DNA of 63,898 bases, counting the filler, from Octopus bimaculoides (Eukaryota): the NCBI RefSeq assembly GCF_001194135.2. It is 9 parts of 7 records of this genome, joined end to end, with 100 filler letters (N's around TTAATTAATTAA, not from the genome) between each part and the next. Parts side by side here need not be neighbours in the genome. Positions count along the whole stretch, not along the records: positions 62,841 to 63,898 come from NC_068985.1; 8 more parts are not named here. One strand, 5' to 3'. Positions 63,559-63,898 of this stretch are shown piece after piece. The notes beneath the pieces were generated by a model. It made no database searches and had not been told where the DNA came from. It saw nothing but the letters and a program-made list of their open reading frames with translations. Position numbers and translations under genes: made by a program. How positions within the stretch are numbered: the first letter of the stretch is position 1; every line of letters starts with the position of its first letter.

Positions 63559-63898
63559 TTCTATTTGCCCATTAGGACTTGTTTTCGTGCAGTACACAGC
63601 CCAACAAAAAATGTAAAAAAAACAAAACAAAAATAATCACACGTGTGCATACACATATACACATACATACATGTGTATTGATTCACATGTACAAAAGACA
63701 TACTTATATACACACTTACACAAAGACACACACATACGCACACATACGCACACACACATACAAATGTATACATACGTCTACATCCATGCAAATATCCTAG
63801 CAGATAATATGCGCGAGCATGCCTATATACGTGCGTGTGTGTGTGTATGTATGATGGTGTTTATAAATATATGCATATGTATATATATATATATATAT

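Overview
Eukaryotic, AT-rich, microsatellite- and transposon-dense draft genome sequence, most likely an octopus or other coleoid cephalopod. That is inferred from the repeat landscape and SINE families, not proven. Eight identical artificial 100-bp pads (N44-TTAATTAATTAA-N44) and several N gaps break the window into pieces of uncertain order. The only host gene I can identify with confidence is the 3' half of serine palmitoyltransferase subunit 2 (SPTLC2/LCB2). It has seven + strand coding exons (27519-52048) with canonical GT-AG junctions that splice in frame, and it carries the PLP-lysine motif GTFTKSF and the PATP loop. Its 5' exons are not visible in the window. Its introns hold a decayed two-LTR Ty3/Gypsy element with an RTE LINE nested in its RNase H region, further RTE fragments, a Penelope GIY-YIG element with ~410-bp inverted arms, a mariner end, SINEs and an ORF1-only (HAL1-like) retroelement flanked by a 15-bp target duplication. 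Outside the gene are R4/Dong-like LINE ends in microsatellites, another Penelope remnant next to a hammerhead-ribozyme-like motif, a second hammerhead-like motif inside a long hairpin, interstitial TTAGGG repeats, several tRNA-derived SINE families and a few orphan exon candidates. Most ORF-track entries are translated microsatellites or N runs. The best novelty candidates are the ORF1-only element family with a conserved unrecognised C-terminal domain, the hammerhead motifs, and the intronic inverted repeats and CpG-decay footprint of the SPTLC2 gene body.
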